A DNA stretch of 64,000 nt, from NCBI GenBank assembly GCA_027310185.1, contig DAIDBH010000007.1, positions 13,891-77,890 on the forward strand, in the 5' to 3' direction. Shown here piece after piece: positions 30,814-39,711 of this stretch. Under the pieces are notes generated by a model that saw nothing but the letters and a program-made list of their open reading frames with translations, was not told the origin of the DNA and searched no databases. Every line of letters begins with the position of its first letter. The stretch's first letter is position 1. Both the position numbers and the translations under genes were made by a program. This stretch comes from Thermoplasmatales archaeon. Its GTDB lineage: Archaea; Thermoplasmatota; Thermoplasmata; Thermoplasmatales; Thermoplasmataceae.

Positions 30814-32200
30814 ATATCTTACCCCTGTTCATTATGCCGTCTGGATCGAAAGCTTTCTTTATATTCCTCATCAATGTGAGCACTTCCATTGAATTCCTTT
30901 CCCTCAACTCCTCCAGCAATAGTTCCTTTTTCTCCAGCCCGATGCCGTGTTCAGCAGAAACAGATCCACCATGCTTTAACGCAATCTTTGCAATTGCCAT
31001 CTGGAACTTTTCCACCCTATCAACATGATCCTTATTATTCAGGTCCACAAGTATATTGGCGTGAATGTTACCATCTCCGATATGGCCGAATAATACTGCT
31101 TTTAAATTGTATTCCTTAAGAGCGGCTTCAATTTCCTTAAGTGACTCTGGAAGCTGGCTAGGTGGTACTACAACATCACCTATCTCTACATATTCATCCT
31201 TCATATCCCTGAGTCCAAGTGAGGATGAATAAAGTCCCTTTCTTGCCTCATACATTTTTGCCATTTCATCCTTGTCCCGTGTGATCCTTATCACAATTGG
31301 ATCTTGCGCCTCTATTATTTTCTTAGCGTCCTCAAGCACTCTGTCTATGGATTCATGTGTTGATGCTATATCTATCATGAGCAGATAATTACTACCCTCT
31401 GGGGAGTCTATATTTCTGGCCTTTTTTATTGTTTCAAGGGACAGCTTATCCATGAATTCTGCTATATATGGTATTATTCCTCTTCCCTTAAGTTCAGAAA
31501 TAGATCTGCCCATTTTTTCCACGTCCTTGAAATACGCAAGGATCCTGCCTATCTCTTCCGGTACTGGCCAAATTTTAAGATATGCCTTTGTTATGATGGC
31601 AAGCGTCCCCTCATTTCCTGCCATGAGTGCAGTAATATCATAGCCTTTGGTTCTCTTCAGTGTTCTTCCACCAACCTCCACTATCTGTCCTCCCGGAAGT
31701 ACAAGTTCAATGCCGAGTATCCATTCCTTCGTTGTTCCATAGGTACATGCCCTGAGTCCTCCCGCGTTTGTGGATATGCTTCCTCCGACAGTTGCTGCCA
31801 TGGAACTTGCCGGGTCAGGAGGATAAAAAAATCCCAGCTTTGAAAGATAAAGATTGAGATCGTCCAGCCTTACACCAGGTTCTGCAACAACATATCCATC
31901 TTCCACATGGGTTTCCAGGATTTTGTTCATGGCAGACATGCTGATAAGGATGGAGTCTTCGCTTGGGACTGGAGATCCGGTAAGTGCTGAACCTCCTGAA
32001 CGCATTACTACCTGAATCTTTTCCCTGGAACATACCTTCATTAATTTGGAGATTTCTTCCGGACTGTTGGGTATGATTACCGCCATGGGGATATTTCCCT
32101 CAAAATATGACGCATCTTTCATATAAGGCACAAGGTCTTCCTTTTTTTCAAGCATTCTATCCCCAAAGATTTTCCTTAATTCAGCAATATTACCTTTCAT
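30806..32200 (-). CDS. FAD-linked 2-hydroxyacid oxidase (GlcD / D-lactate dehydrogenase-like)
   Basis: PPDPAS, GGSISTNAGG, GHIGDGNIH, SAEHGIG, FDPDGIMNRGK. Confidence 0.93.
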   Translation of the reverse strand: MKGNIAELRKIFGDRMLEKKEDLVPYMKDASYFEGNIPMAVIIPNSPEEISKLMKVCSREKIQVVMRSGGSALTGSPVPSEDSILISMSAMNKILETHVEDGYVVAEPGVRLDDLNLYLSKLGFFYPPDPASSMAATVGGSISTNAGGLRACTYGTTKEWILGIELVLPGGQIVEVGGRTLKRTKGYDITALMAGNEGTLAIITKAYLKIWPVPEEIGRILAYFKDVEKMGRSISELKGRGIIPYIAEFMDKLSLETIKKARNIDSPEGSNYLLMIDIASTHESIDRVLEDAKKIIEAQDPIVIRITRDKDEMAKMYEARKGLYSSSLGLRDMKDEYVEIGDVVVPPSQLPESLKEIEAALKEYNLKAVLFGHIGDGNIHANILVDLNNKDHVDRVEKFQMAIAKIALKHGGSVSAEHGIGLEKKELLLEELRERNSMEVLTLMRNIKKAFDPDGIMNRGKIFD

Positions 32201-32317
32201 CCTATCCCTTAACAATTGAAAAGACCCTGAATATTCTTAACTGTTATGGTTGATATGTCATCTATTTAAGGAAAATAATTGTATGACAATAGAAAAAGTA
32301 TGTGCATAGAACATTTG

Positions 32318-32329
32318 ATGCAGGTGCCG
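32318..32329 (-). repeat. att site: duplicated 3' end of tRNA-Gly
   Basis: ATGCAGGTGCCG identical to 46757-46768. Confidence 0.88.
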
Positions 32330-32377
32330 TGCATATATATTCAAGTCCAAAACACACACAAGTTATTTAAGCGTTGA

Positions 32378-33643
32378 ATGCTTTACATGTTCATGGATTA
32401 CACAGTGAACCTCGCAAGAGAAAGAGAAAATCTGTATAAAATCAACATACCAGATGATGCCAAAACTTCTATTGTTCACTTTATTAGAGATATGAGTATA
32501 GAAGGTCTTTCAGCAGGTCGGCTATATGCCTATACACTTAGATTGAAGATTATCGCACTCGATTTTCAAGAAAGTTTCATGAATCCTAGTCAGGACAGCG
32601 TTAAAGACTTCATGGCAAGGTTTCAAAATAGGCCCGTTAAATGGGGAGGAGGGAAGGAACATCTCCCAACAGATAACGCCATTCAAGCATATCAGGTTAC
32701 TTTCAAGCGTTTCTATAAATGGCTTCTGGGCAATAATGAATCCTACCCAGATTGCGTAAAGTGGATCAAAATCAAAAGTCCCCACCGGAGCAAACAGAAA
32801 AAACCAGAAAGTGTGATCTCCGAGAGTGAGCTTCAGAACCTACTTGATGCTTGCCTTAATGCCCGCGATAGAGCACTGATCAGCCTTCTATACGACTCTG
32901 GATGCAGAATCGGCGAACTACTCAGCATGAACGTAATAGATCTTGCTTTCGACCAGTATGGTGCCAAGATCACTGTGTCAGGAAAGACAGGGGTTAGAGT
33001 GGTTAGGATCGTCGGTGACTCTACTATATATTTGAGGGAATGGCTCAAGAACCATCCTGACAGGGATAATGCAAAGGCGCCACTATTTACAAGATTGGAC
33101 GGCGAAATAAGAGAGAGAATGGACTATGAGCAAGTACATGCACTGTTCAGAAAGGTTTCGAAGAGATCGGATATAAATAGGAGAATATACCCTCATCTAT
33201 TCCGTCACACCCGGGCTACCTTGCTTTCAATGAACTTAAAAGAACCTCTCCTCGAGAAAACTATGGGATGGGTTTATGGATCTCGCATGTCACAGGTATA
33301 TGTCCATTTAAGTGATTCCGACGTAGACAATGCAGTCCTGAGGTCTCATGGGATAATGGTTGACAATAAGAGTGATGAGCTTCCAAGACCAAAGGAGTGC
33401 CCTCGATGTGGTGAAAAGAATCCTAATGGAGCTAAATACTGCCGTAAATGCTGGTTACCATTAACCATTGATGCAACACTAGAACTAAAGGAAAAGGAAG
33501 AGCATATTCAAAAGGAACTAGAATCTAAGGGGCTGATCGACGATAAGATAAGGGCTTTGATTGAGAACATGCCTGAATCTGAAAGAACCGGAATACTCAC
33601 ATCCATAATAGAAATGGCACTCAGGGAAAAAGAAAAAAAATAA
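32378..33643 (+). CDS. Tyrosine recombinase/integrase with C-terminal zinc ribbon
   Basis: SGCRIGE (R), GKTG (K), HLFRH, MGW, QVYVH (Y); CPRCG...CRKC. Confidence 0.95.
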   Translation: MLYMFMDYTVNLARERENLYKINIPDDAKTSIVHFIRDMSIEGLSAGRLYAYTLRLKIIALDFQESFMNPSQDSVKDFMARFQNRPVKWGGGKEHLPTDNAIQAYQVTFKRFYKWLLGNNESYPDCVKWIKIKSPHRSKQKKPESVISESELQNLLDACLNARDRALISLLYDSGCRIGELLSMNVIDLAFDQYGAKITVSGKTGVRVVRIVGDSTIYLREWLKNHPDRDNAKAPLFTRLDGEIRERMDYEQVHALFRKVSKRSDINRRIYPHLFRHTRATLLSMNLKEPLLEKTMGWVYGSRMSQVYVHLSDSDVDNAVLRSHGIMVDNKSDELPRPKECPRCGEKNPNGAKYCRKCWLPLTIDATLELKEKEEHIQKELESKGLIDDKIRALIENMPESERTGILTSIIEMALREKEKK

Positions 33644-34156
33644 CTTCCGATTAAAAATAGAAAATATTTAGAGATCCTTCAACGTCTATGGTCATAATAG
33701 ATCTTTTTACATGGAAGGACTCCGGTCAAATAATCGAGTTTTAACAAAAAAGTATCATTAACTTGGGTTCTCACAATTCGTTGATAGGTCATGATGTAAT
33801 TATACCATGTCATCTGTCCTGTTTCCTATAACCTAAGGTAAACGAACTTATTTTGTTAAGGTAACCTTGAATCGTTAGGTATCACTTTTAAGGATCTCAA
33901 AAAATCATTTAGGCCAAAACTCATGAGATTAATCGGTAACGTATCGGTATTCTTTCGATGTATTACCAGGACATGCATCTTATTTTAAGATGGTCCATAC
34001 TGGTAGTCGAGATCTCTAAAAGAATAGGGATAGATTATATTCGCTGACTTCAGGCCAGAACTGAGCTGTCATTTAGACTTTTTTATGTATATAATATGAC
34101 ATTTTACATAGGCTATCGATAAAAACAGCGTGAATATAAGGATTTTATCAATATTC

Positions 34157-34963
34157 TTATCGATGATCTATCGATGGCTTATCGATGTCCTTTCGATCAT
34201 TCACATGCTTGAGATTCTTCAACGAGTTTGGATTGATATTCCTCTTCAGCTTCTTCCTGCCTTCCTTGTTGTCTGCCATCGAGTGCAGGAGCTTCTGGAC
34301 TTCCTTCTGCTTCTTCCTTATCTCTGTATCCCTCTTTGCTTCATACTGATCAATTAACCACTTTGGTGGAAGGGAAAACTGGACAGTCTTCACTGTTACT
34401 GTCCTTGTCCTCATCCCCTTGTTTGGTGTCTGGACCCTGGGATACACCATGAAGTCATCACCTGCCTTGAAGGGATTTGGTTCAGGGAGCTTTATCTTGA
34501 ATACGCCCTGTTCCTTTGTGGCTTCAAAGAAGATGTTGATCAGGCCTCTTGTCTGCGAATCAATGTAATTCCACTTTGGAACTGTGATAAAAGTTATTAG
34601 ATTACGATACCTGAAAGACTGAGCCACTACGGATATAGCCTTATTCTGGACTGACTGCCAGTCCCTTGCATTCATGAAAACACCGGCATCATCCAGGATG
34701 ACTGAATTGCCTTTCCTCAGGTTTCCGTCAATGACATAATCCACAAAATCCGTAACATCAAACATGACCTTCCCCTGGTTGTATGTTGCATCACATGTAT
34801 ATGCAAGCTCCAGGGCAGAATATGACTTGCCACTGCCTCTTGGTCCTACAAAGAGTCCAAGGACATCCATGTTCCTTGCGATCCTGTTTCTTATCCAGGG
34901 CATCAGCCAAACATCATATCTACCTCTGGAATATTGGGGATCTTCAAAGGGCAGTTTCATCAT
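34157..34963 (-). CDS. P-loop ATPase, Zot/inovirus pI-like or viral NTPase-like
   Basis: Walker A GPRGSGKS, Walker B VILDDAG followed by F.NARDW.S..N, then FRYR...FITVP...ID...R. Confidence 0.75.
   Translation of the reverse strand: MMKLPFEDPQYSRGRYDVWLMPWIRNRIARNMDVLGLFVGPRGSGKSYSALELAYTCDATYNQGKVMFDVTDFVDYVIDGNLRKGNSVILDDAGVFMNARDWQSVQNKAISVVAQSFRYRNLITFITVPKWNYIDSQTRGLINIFFEATKEQGVFKIKLPEPNPFKAGDDFMVYPRVQTPNKGMRTRTVTVKTVQFSLPPKWLIDQYEAKRDTEIRKKQKEVQKLLHSMADNKEGRKKLKRNINPNSLKNLKHVNDRKDIDKPSIDHR
34158..34198. repeat. Iteron-like tandem TATCGATG repeats with 11-bp period
   Basis: TATCGATG at 34158, 34169, 34180 and TTTCGATC at 34191; another TATCGAT at 34114. Confidence 0.7.
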
Positions 34964-35025
34964 GATCACACCCTTCAAGTTTTGTCATGGATCTTTCTCC
35001 CACAGTCCTTACAAAATCATCCATC

Positions 35026-35418
35026 TTAATCAGCCCTCACATCGTAATCTTCATCGTTTTCTACCATGTCCAGTGAATCACCAGAGGCAAGCACTATCTC
35101 AGTCTTACCATCTACCCTGAGTTCAAGGCCTTTCTCGGTTCTCACGATTTCACCGGTTCTCTTGGCCCCTGCTCCTTCATACCTGCTTCCGGATAGCCTG
35201 AATACTGACTCAATCATTACAACCGGATCATCAGGACCATCTACTTCAGATAGGCCTATTCCATCATTCTTGAACAATGTAAAGTCCTCGAAGTGGTTGC
35301 ATGCCGGTTCTGTCATTATCCTGTTAATTGTAGTTATGGCAGGACAGTAAGGGCAGCTTACCGGAACATCCTTCAATGAAGGGTCCTGCCTGACATAAAC
35401 CCTGGTTACGTTCTTCAT
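35026..35418 (-). CDS. Hypothetical protein with CxxC...CxH putative Zn ligands
   Basis: CPYC and CNH; upstream of the ATPase on the same strand. Confidence 0.65.
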   Translation of the reverse strand: MKNVTRVYVRQDPSLKDVPVSCPYCPAITTINRIMTEPACNHFEDFTLFKNDGIGLSEVDGPDDPVVMIESVFRLSGSRYEGAGAKRTGEIVRTEKGLELRVDGKTEIVLASGDSLDMVENDEDYDVRAD

Positions 35419-35505
35419 GCTTTATCTAACGCCATCACTGAGATAAACCTTATCCCATAAGCCCGGGTCCTGGCAAGTAGAACTGAATGCAATGGAATAG
35501 GTATA

Positions 35506-35549
35506 CCCCCCGTCAGGTCGATCGATCGAGGGAAATTGAAAACGGAAGG
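35506..35549. repeat. Palindromic/hairpin repeat, copy 1
   Basis: TCAGGTCGATCGATCGAGGG (35513-35532) exactly repeated at 39229-39248, followed by similar TTGAAAACG. Confidence 0.85.
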
Positions 35550-35691
35550 CTACCTCTTACCACTCCCTCGGGTCTATGGATATAGAAGAGGCTTAGAATT
35601 GCAATATGATAGATATCTGCCACGGGTAGCTGCCTTAGACAGCCACGCAATACTTAACAATTAAAAAAAAGAGGACCATCAGTAACAATCC

Positions 35692-35718
35692 TGTTACTAC
35701 ATTAACAAAAATCAATGT
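35692..35718 (+). repeat. 27-bp direct repeat, copy 1 (TGTTA-CTACA-TAACA site)
   Basis: tgttactacattaacaaaaatcaatgt vs tgttactacaataacaaaaatcaatgt at 38660-38686 (one mismatch). Confidence 0.88.
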
Positions 35719-35812
35719 GATCGATCTTACCTGAGGGATGATTGATCATATGCTATTCATCTACATGTTTTTGAATCTGCTGTCACTGTATTTTCACTTC
35801 TAGATTCTCAAC

Positions 35813-35977
35813 ATGATAGATTGGAGATACAGTATGAGTGATGTTCTACTCACACTTTCCAGGATCAAGATGTATGGGATGGAAAGAGGGGAGATCATGA
35901 GTGAAATACAGAAAAAGGCAAAAGAACTGGTAGCAGACCTGAAGCTTGATCTGGACATATTACGTAAAAAAGCCTGA
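35813..35977 (+). CDS. Small hypothetical helical protein (54 aa)
   Basis: Hand-read ORF MIDWRYSMSDVLL...KLDLDILRKKA; start uncertain. Confidence 0.4.
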   Translation: MIDWRYSMSDVLLTLSRIKMYGMERGEIMSEIQKKAKELVADLKLDLDILRKKA

Positions 35978-36151
35978 GTTAAGCTTCAAACTAAAAATGT
36001 CATAGCTGAATAGTTTTGAAATCTTTTAGGGTGATCATGCGTAAGTAATTATAGGAAAGTCCACAAGCCGTAAATTCCGGTTTACATGCCATATCGATCA
36101 GGTTAATATAACCTACTTGTCTAAGCAATTCCTTATAATACTCACTTAATT

Positions 36152-36484
36152 TTAATCGAATATACCATTTGGTGGCATGATACAGTAATGCCCACAGTAT
36201 CTTTTAAACTCTTTTTCATTTCTTATTACTATAGATAATAAATATAGCAAAGCAAGGATTTCTAAAAAGTAGTCAAAGTATATCAAAAAGATCACAACTA
36301 CTACCGTACCATGATATGCATTTGATAGTAAATAGTCTCCCCAGATAATAAGTGCAGAAAATATAAAGAAACCTATTACTTGAAAAGGTTTGAATCCAAA
36401 GATAAATGACTTTCTCATAAGCCATATTTTGGCTCTATTACTCATAGGTTCAACATATCTCCCATCTTTAAGTGGCATTTCCAA
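36152..36484 (-). CDS. Small 2-TM membrane protein
   Basis: 110 aa, two hydrophobic helices, AT-rich; downstream of the 661-aa gene. Confidence 0.6.
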   Translation of the reverse strand: MEMPLKDGRYVEPMSNRAKIWLMRKSFIFGFKPFQVIGFFIFSALIIWGDYLLSNAYHGTVVVVIFLIYFDYFLEILALLYLLSIVIRNEKEFKRYCGHYCIMPPNGIFD

Positions 36485-36612
36485 ACCTCCAAATTATGAA
36501 ACATTTCTTAGAATATAAATATATGTTATATCTAATATTTAATTTTAAGAAATAACTGCGTGATTCATTTTGGGTATTGAGTTTTTTCAAGAACATTTCA
36601 CATCCTTCCTTA

Positions 36613-38598
36613 TCAAGTATAGAATATATAAACAGAAGTGGACAGACTTGCATCGAACGTTTGTTGCTCTTCACATGTATTTCCTGTCAGTGTAGTGTTG
36701 AATAAAGTGAACCCCTCATCGTATGTAAAGTGTTCCAAAATGTCAGGAGGATTGGTTTGTACATTTTTTGATCCCACGCATACTTTGATTTCCTGTGAGA
36801 AAACATTGGCTACCTGATCGCAGCCATAATAATAATAATTATATACTTCTTCTGAGTATCCTTTGGAATTTGCTTCATCACTGCACTTAAATTGACCATT
36901 GACATATATACTATTCGTCATAACTTTGTGATCAGGATCTTGGGCATATGATCCTAAACCGATTGCAACTGTGCTTCCAAATACTATTAATCCCACTGCT
37001 GTAACGCCAGTTATCACCAATGAAATAATAGATGCTGCAATAGTCACCGATGCAAAAACAATAGGAATGAAATCACACGTATCTGTCACGCATGAAATAC
37101 CTGTAAGATTATACCTAGATGTCTGTAAGCACCCCAGATTGTTTGATAAATAAGAAAAGGATACTGCTCTATTTGTAGCTGCATACACTTCGTGATTAGA
37201 GATAAAGTCTTGATAAAGGCATACTTCCCTTGCAGTTTGAATGTTTGCTGTGTCTGGCCCAGAATATGATTTAAACGATCCACTTATGGAAGATATCAGT
37301 TTACCATAAGAATTAAGAACCTTACCTTGAGTTGGAAACTCTTGAAGATCAGGGAATACATAACCATAGTTAAAATTGATATATTCGTTGAATGCATGAC
37401 CTAACATATGCTGACAAGTCCATGTTGAAGTCCCTGGGTATTCATACGCAATTTCGAATCCACTGAAACAACCTATATTATTCACTGTTGTGCTGAAATA
37501 TTGTTCATCCCCCTGATATGCTGAGGTGGTTCCTAAAAGAATACTTGTTCCACTGCTTGTCACCTCAAAGTAACCCTCCCTTATTGGACCGTTATTTGTA
37601 CATGATGATATTTCGTATGATATGCTTATATGACCATCTGCTGAACCATTTGCAAAACATGTGGAAGATGGCTGATTTATTTCCAGGCCTGAAAGAACAG
37701 GAGGATATGTGGTAACTGGATTGCATCCGCCACCACCTCCACCGCTACTGCCTCCCCCACCTCCTCCGCTTCTACTTATAGGTTTTCCAGTTGAGATTGT
37801 CGGTGCTATTTCCGGATCAATGGTATACGTCTCGTGAGCACTTAACCTGACAGGACCGAATGAAAGTATTAATGCATTATAACCGTTCATCTTCTTGATC
37901 TCACCCGTGTGGAACAGGTTTGAGTCACATATCCAGTTTATGTCAAGTCCACCTAAGGCTATGCTGGTATTCTTCTGGCCTATGATGAAACTTGTACCGG
38001 CAAATGAATGAAACGTGTTACTGCCGTCACCTGATATTGTGAAGTTGTCTGTGCCTGGTAATACCATTGTAAAATCAACGATGTACATTGCACTAACATT
38101 CAGTTTATTCTGGAATGCTACGGATGATCCCATCCCATACTGGTGGAAGAAGAAGACATCGGCAGCCTGAGTGCTGTTCCCATATCTTACCAGATCAGCG
38201 GATGTACAGTTATTGTTCTGGATTTCACGGGTATGGTAAGAATTGAAGTCTGCCATTGACAAATTTCCAGGACTGGATGATCCTGAAACATATGGTGTTG
38301 CTACATTGCTGCTCTGTGAACTTACGGTGAAAATATCATACTGCACAGGGTATTTAGCCATGCCAAAAGAAATGATCGGCTGGCTACCCATGAAGCATAC
38401 GGATTCTCCGCATTTTGAATAGAGGGCTTCTGGAACATTGCTCTGGATGTTTGAAGATGATCCTGAATTCTGTATTGCATTATTGAAGGAAATCACAGTG
38501 AAACCTATTGAGAAGATCATTATCAGAGACAGGAAAATGACAGTTACCTTGTTAAAACTCTTTCTTGCTCCCCTATCTATATTTAGTTTGAACTCCAT
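36613..38598 (-). CDS. Secreted/surface protein with poly-Gly linker
   Basis: N-terminal signal anchor, Ser/Thr/Asn-rich beta-type region, SGGGGGGSSGGGGGGC linker, Cys-rich C-half with hydrophobic hairpin. Confidence 0.8.
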   Translation of the reverse strand: MEFKLNIDRGARKSFNKVTVIFLSLIMIFSIGFTVISFNNAIQNSGSSSNIQSNVPEALYSKCGESVCFMGSQPIISFGMAKYPVQYDIFTVSSQSSNVATPYVSGSSSPGNLSMADFNSYHTREIQNNNCTSADLVRYGNSTQAADVFFFHQYGMGSSVAFQNKLNVSAMYIVDFTMVLPGTDNFTISGDGSNTFHSFAGTSFIIGQKNTSIALGGLDINWICDSNLFHTGEIKKMNGYNALILSFGPVRLSAHETYTIDPEIAPTISTGKPISRSGGGGGGSSGGGGGGCNPVTTYPPVLSGLEINQPSSTCFANGSADGHISISYEISSCTNNGPIREGYFEVTSSGTSILLGTTSAYQGDEQYFSTTVNNIGCFSGFEIAYEYPGTSTWTCQHMLGHAFNEYINFNYGYVFPDLQEFPTQGKVLNSYGKLISSISGSFKSYSGPDTANIQTAREVCLYQDFISNHEVYAATNRAVSFSYLSNNLGCLQTSRYNLTGISCVTDTCDFIPIVFASVTIAASIISLVITGVTAVGLIVFGSTVAIGLGSYAQDPDHKVMTNSIYVNGQFKCSDEANSKGYSEEVYNYYYYGCDQVANVFSQEIKVCVGSKNVQTNPPDILEHFTYDEGFTLFNTTLTGNTCEEQQTFDASLSTSVYIFYT

Positions 38599-38659
38599 AT
38601 CAAATTATAAATTCAAATTGTATTAAATATTTGTGGTTATTTTTATATGGGCATAAATG

Positions 38660-38686
38660 TGTTACTACAATAACAAAAATCAATGT
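38660..38686 (+). repeat. 27-bp direct repeat, copy 2
   Basis: See 35692-35718. Confidence 0.88.
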
Positions 38687-38859
38687 AACACTATGTAACA
38701 CTTCATGAGGTAGTGATTTCTTAATTTCCCTGAATGTGTTACATGTTTCATAGAAAAAAGCATGCATAATGTTCTATAGTTAAGACTCAAAACGTGAAAA
38801 TATAGGTCTACAGATAAGGACTAAAAAAGGCATACATACCTTTTAGAATGTAGTAGTTT

Positions 38860-38879
38860 ATGTGTTACCGGTAACACAT
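38860..38879. promoter_or_regulatory. Perfect 20-bp palindrome ATGTGTTACCGGTAACACAT (putative operator)
   Basis: Exact self-complementarity; overlaps ATG at 38878. Confidence 0.6.
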
Positions 38880-38976
38880 GACATGGTATGATTTTGATGT
38901 GATATTCTTTCCGGTGATCCTGGTCATAGCTGTTGTTCTCCTTTGGAAAACAAGCAAGAATAAGGGCAGGGCATAA
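38878..38976 (+). CDS. 32-aa single-TM protein
   Basis: Hand translation MTWYDFDVIFFPVILVIAVVLLWKTSKNKGRA: acidic N-end, hydrophobic core, basic C-end. Confidence 0.55.
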   Translation: MTWYDFDVIFFPVILVIAVVLLWKTSKNKGRA

Positions 38977-39221
38977 TTCAAGAGAACTGGATCAACTCCC
39001 CCGGATCTATGCAGCATATCAGCTCAGGCCAGATCAGGAATGCCAATCTAACAAGGATGCAGTAAAGCACCGTTTTTAACATCTCACCAGGGTTCAATAC
39101 ATTCAGGCCACATTTCCATGGTCAGAGATCTTCCTGGTAATCACATCCTTACAAATTACTAGAAATTACGCAAATAGAAGGATAAGCGTTAAGGCATCCT
39201 GAACAGCCAGGACTCACCCCC

Positions 39222-39265
39222 CACCCCCTCAGGTCGATCGATCGAGGGGAAGTTGAAAACGAAGG
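39222..39265. repeat. Palindromic/hairpin repeat, copy 2
   Basis: CCCCTC-AGGTCGATCGATC-GAGGGG then AAGTTGAAAACGAAGG. Confidence 0.85.
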
Positions 39266-39347
39266 TGGTCATGGCGACCGTGTCTGGCCAGATGACCCGC
39301 ATGATATAAATGATAATTCAAAGAACACTAAAGAATCGGAAGAAATA

Positions 39348-39485
39348 ATGGACCTGATGGTTGAGAAGATGATCCAGAATGGACAAAAAGTGAACAAGGA
39401 GACTGCCGGTATTCTTGAAAAATTGTCAGAGATGGCCTACAAGGAACTGAATGGGGAGGAAGATAGAAATGGTAAAACGAACTAA
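39348..39485 (+). CDS. Small hypothetical protein (45 aa)
   Basis: Hand-read ORF MDLMVEKMIQNGQKVNKETAGILEKLSEMAYKELNGEEDRNGKTN overlapping next gene. Confidence 0.45.
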   Translation: MDLMVEKMIQNGQKVNKETAGILEKLSEMAYKELNGEEDRNGKTN

Positions 39486-39711
39486 AACCAGAAGGAAGAG
39501 GAAACCACCTTCCTTTCACCTGCAGCTCAAACATGTTCTTGGTGGTGTATCGCCTCTAAGCCTCCTTGCTGCATTTGAAGTATTTTCAATACCAGCTGCC
39601 AATGGGTTAATAAATATTTTTGGATTTACGAGATTAATTGCCGGAGTTACCTGGATAGGAGTTGCCCTATTCAGTGGAGGAGTGGCACTATACCTTCATG
39701 AGGAAGAGTAA
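39469..39711 (+). CDS. Small membrane protein with basic N-terminus and 2 TMs
   Basis: MVKRTKTRRKRK then two hydrophobic segments; purine-rich GGAGG upstream. Confidence 0.65.
   Translation: MVKRTKTRRKRKPPSFHLQLKHVLGGVSPLSLLAAFEVFSIPAANGLINIFGFTRLIAGVTWIGVALFSGGVALYLHEEE

Noticed and set aside
33644-34110. Recurrent TAAGGTA/TTAGG short motifs downstream of the integrase
   Set aside because: Too short and irregularly spaced to call as arm or res sites without computation
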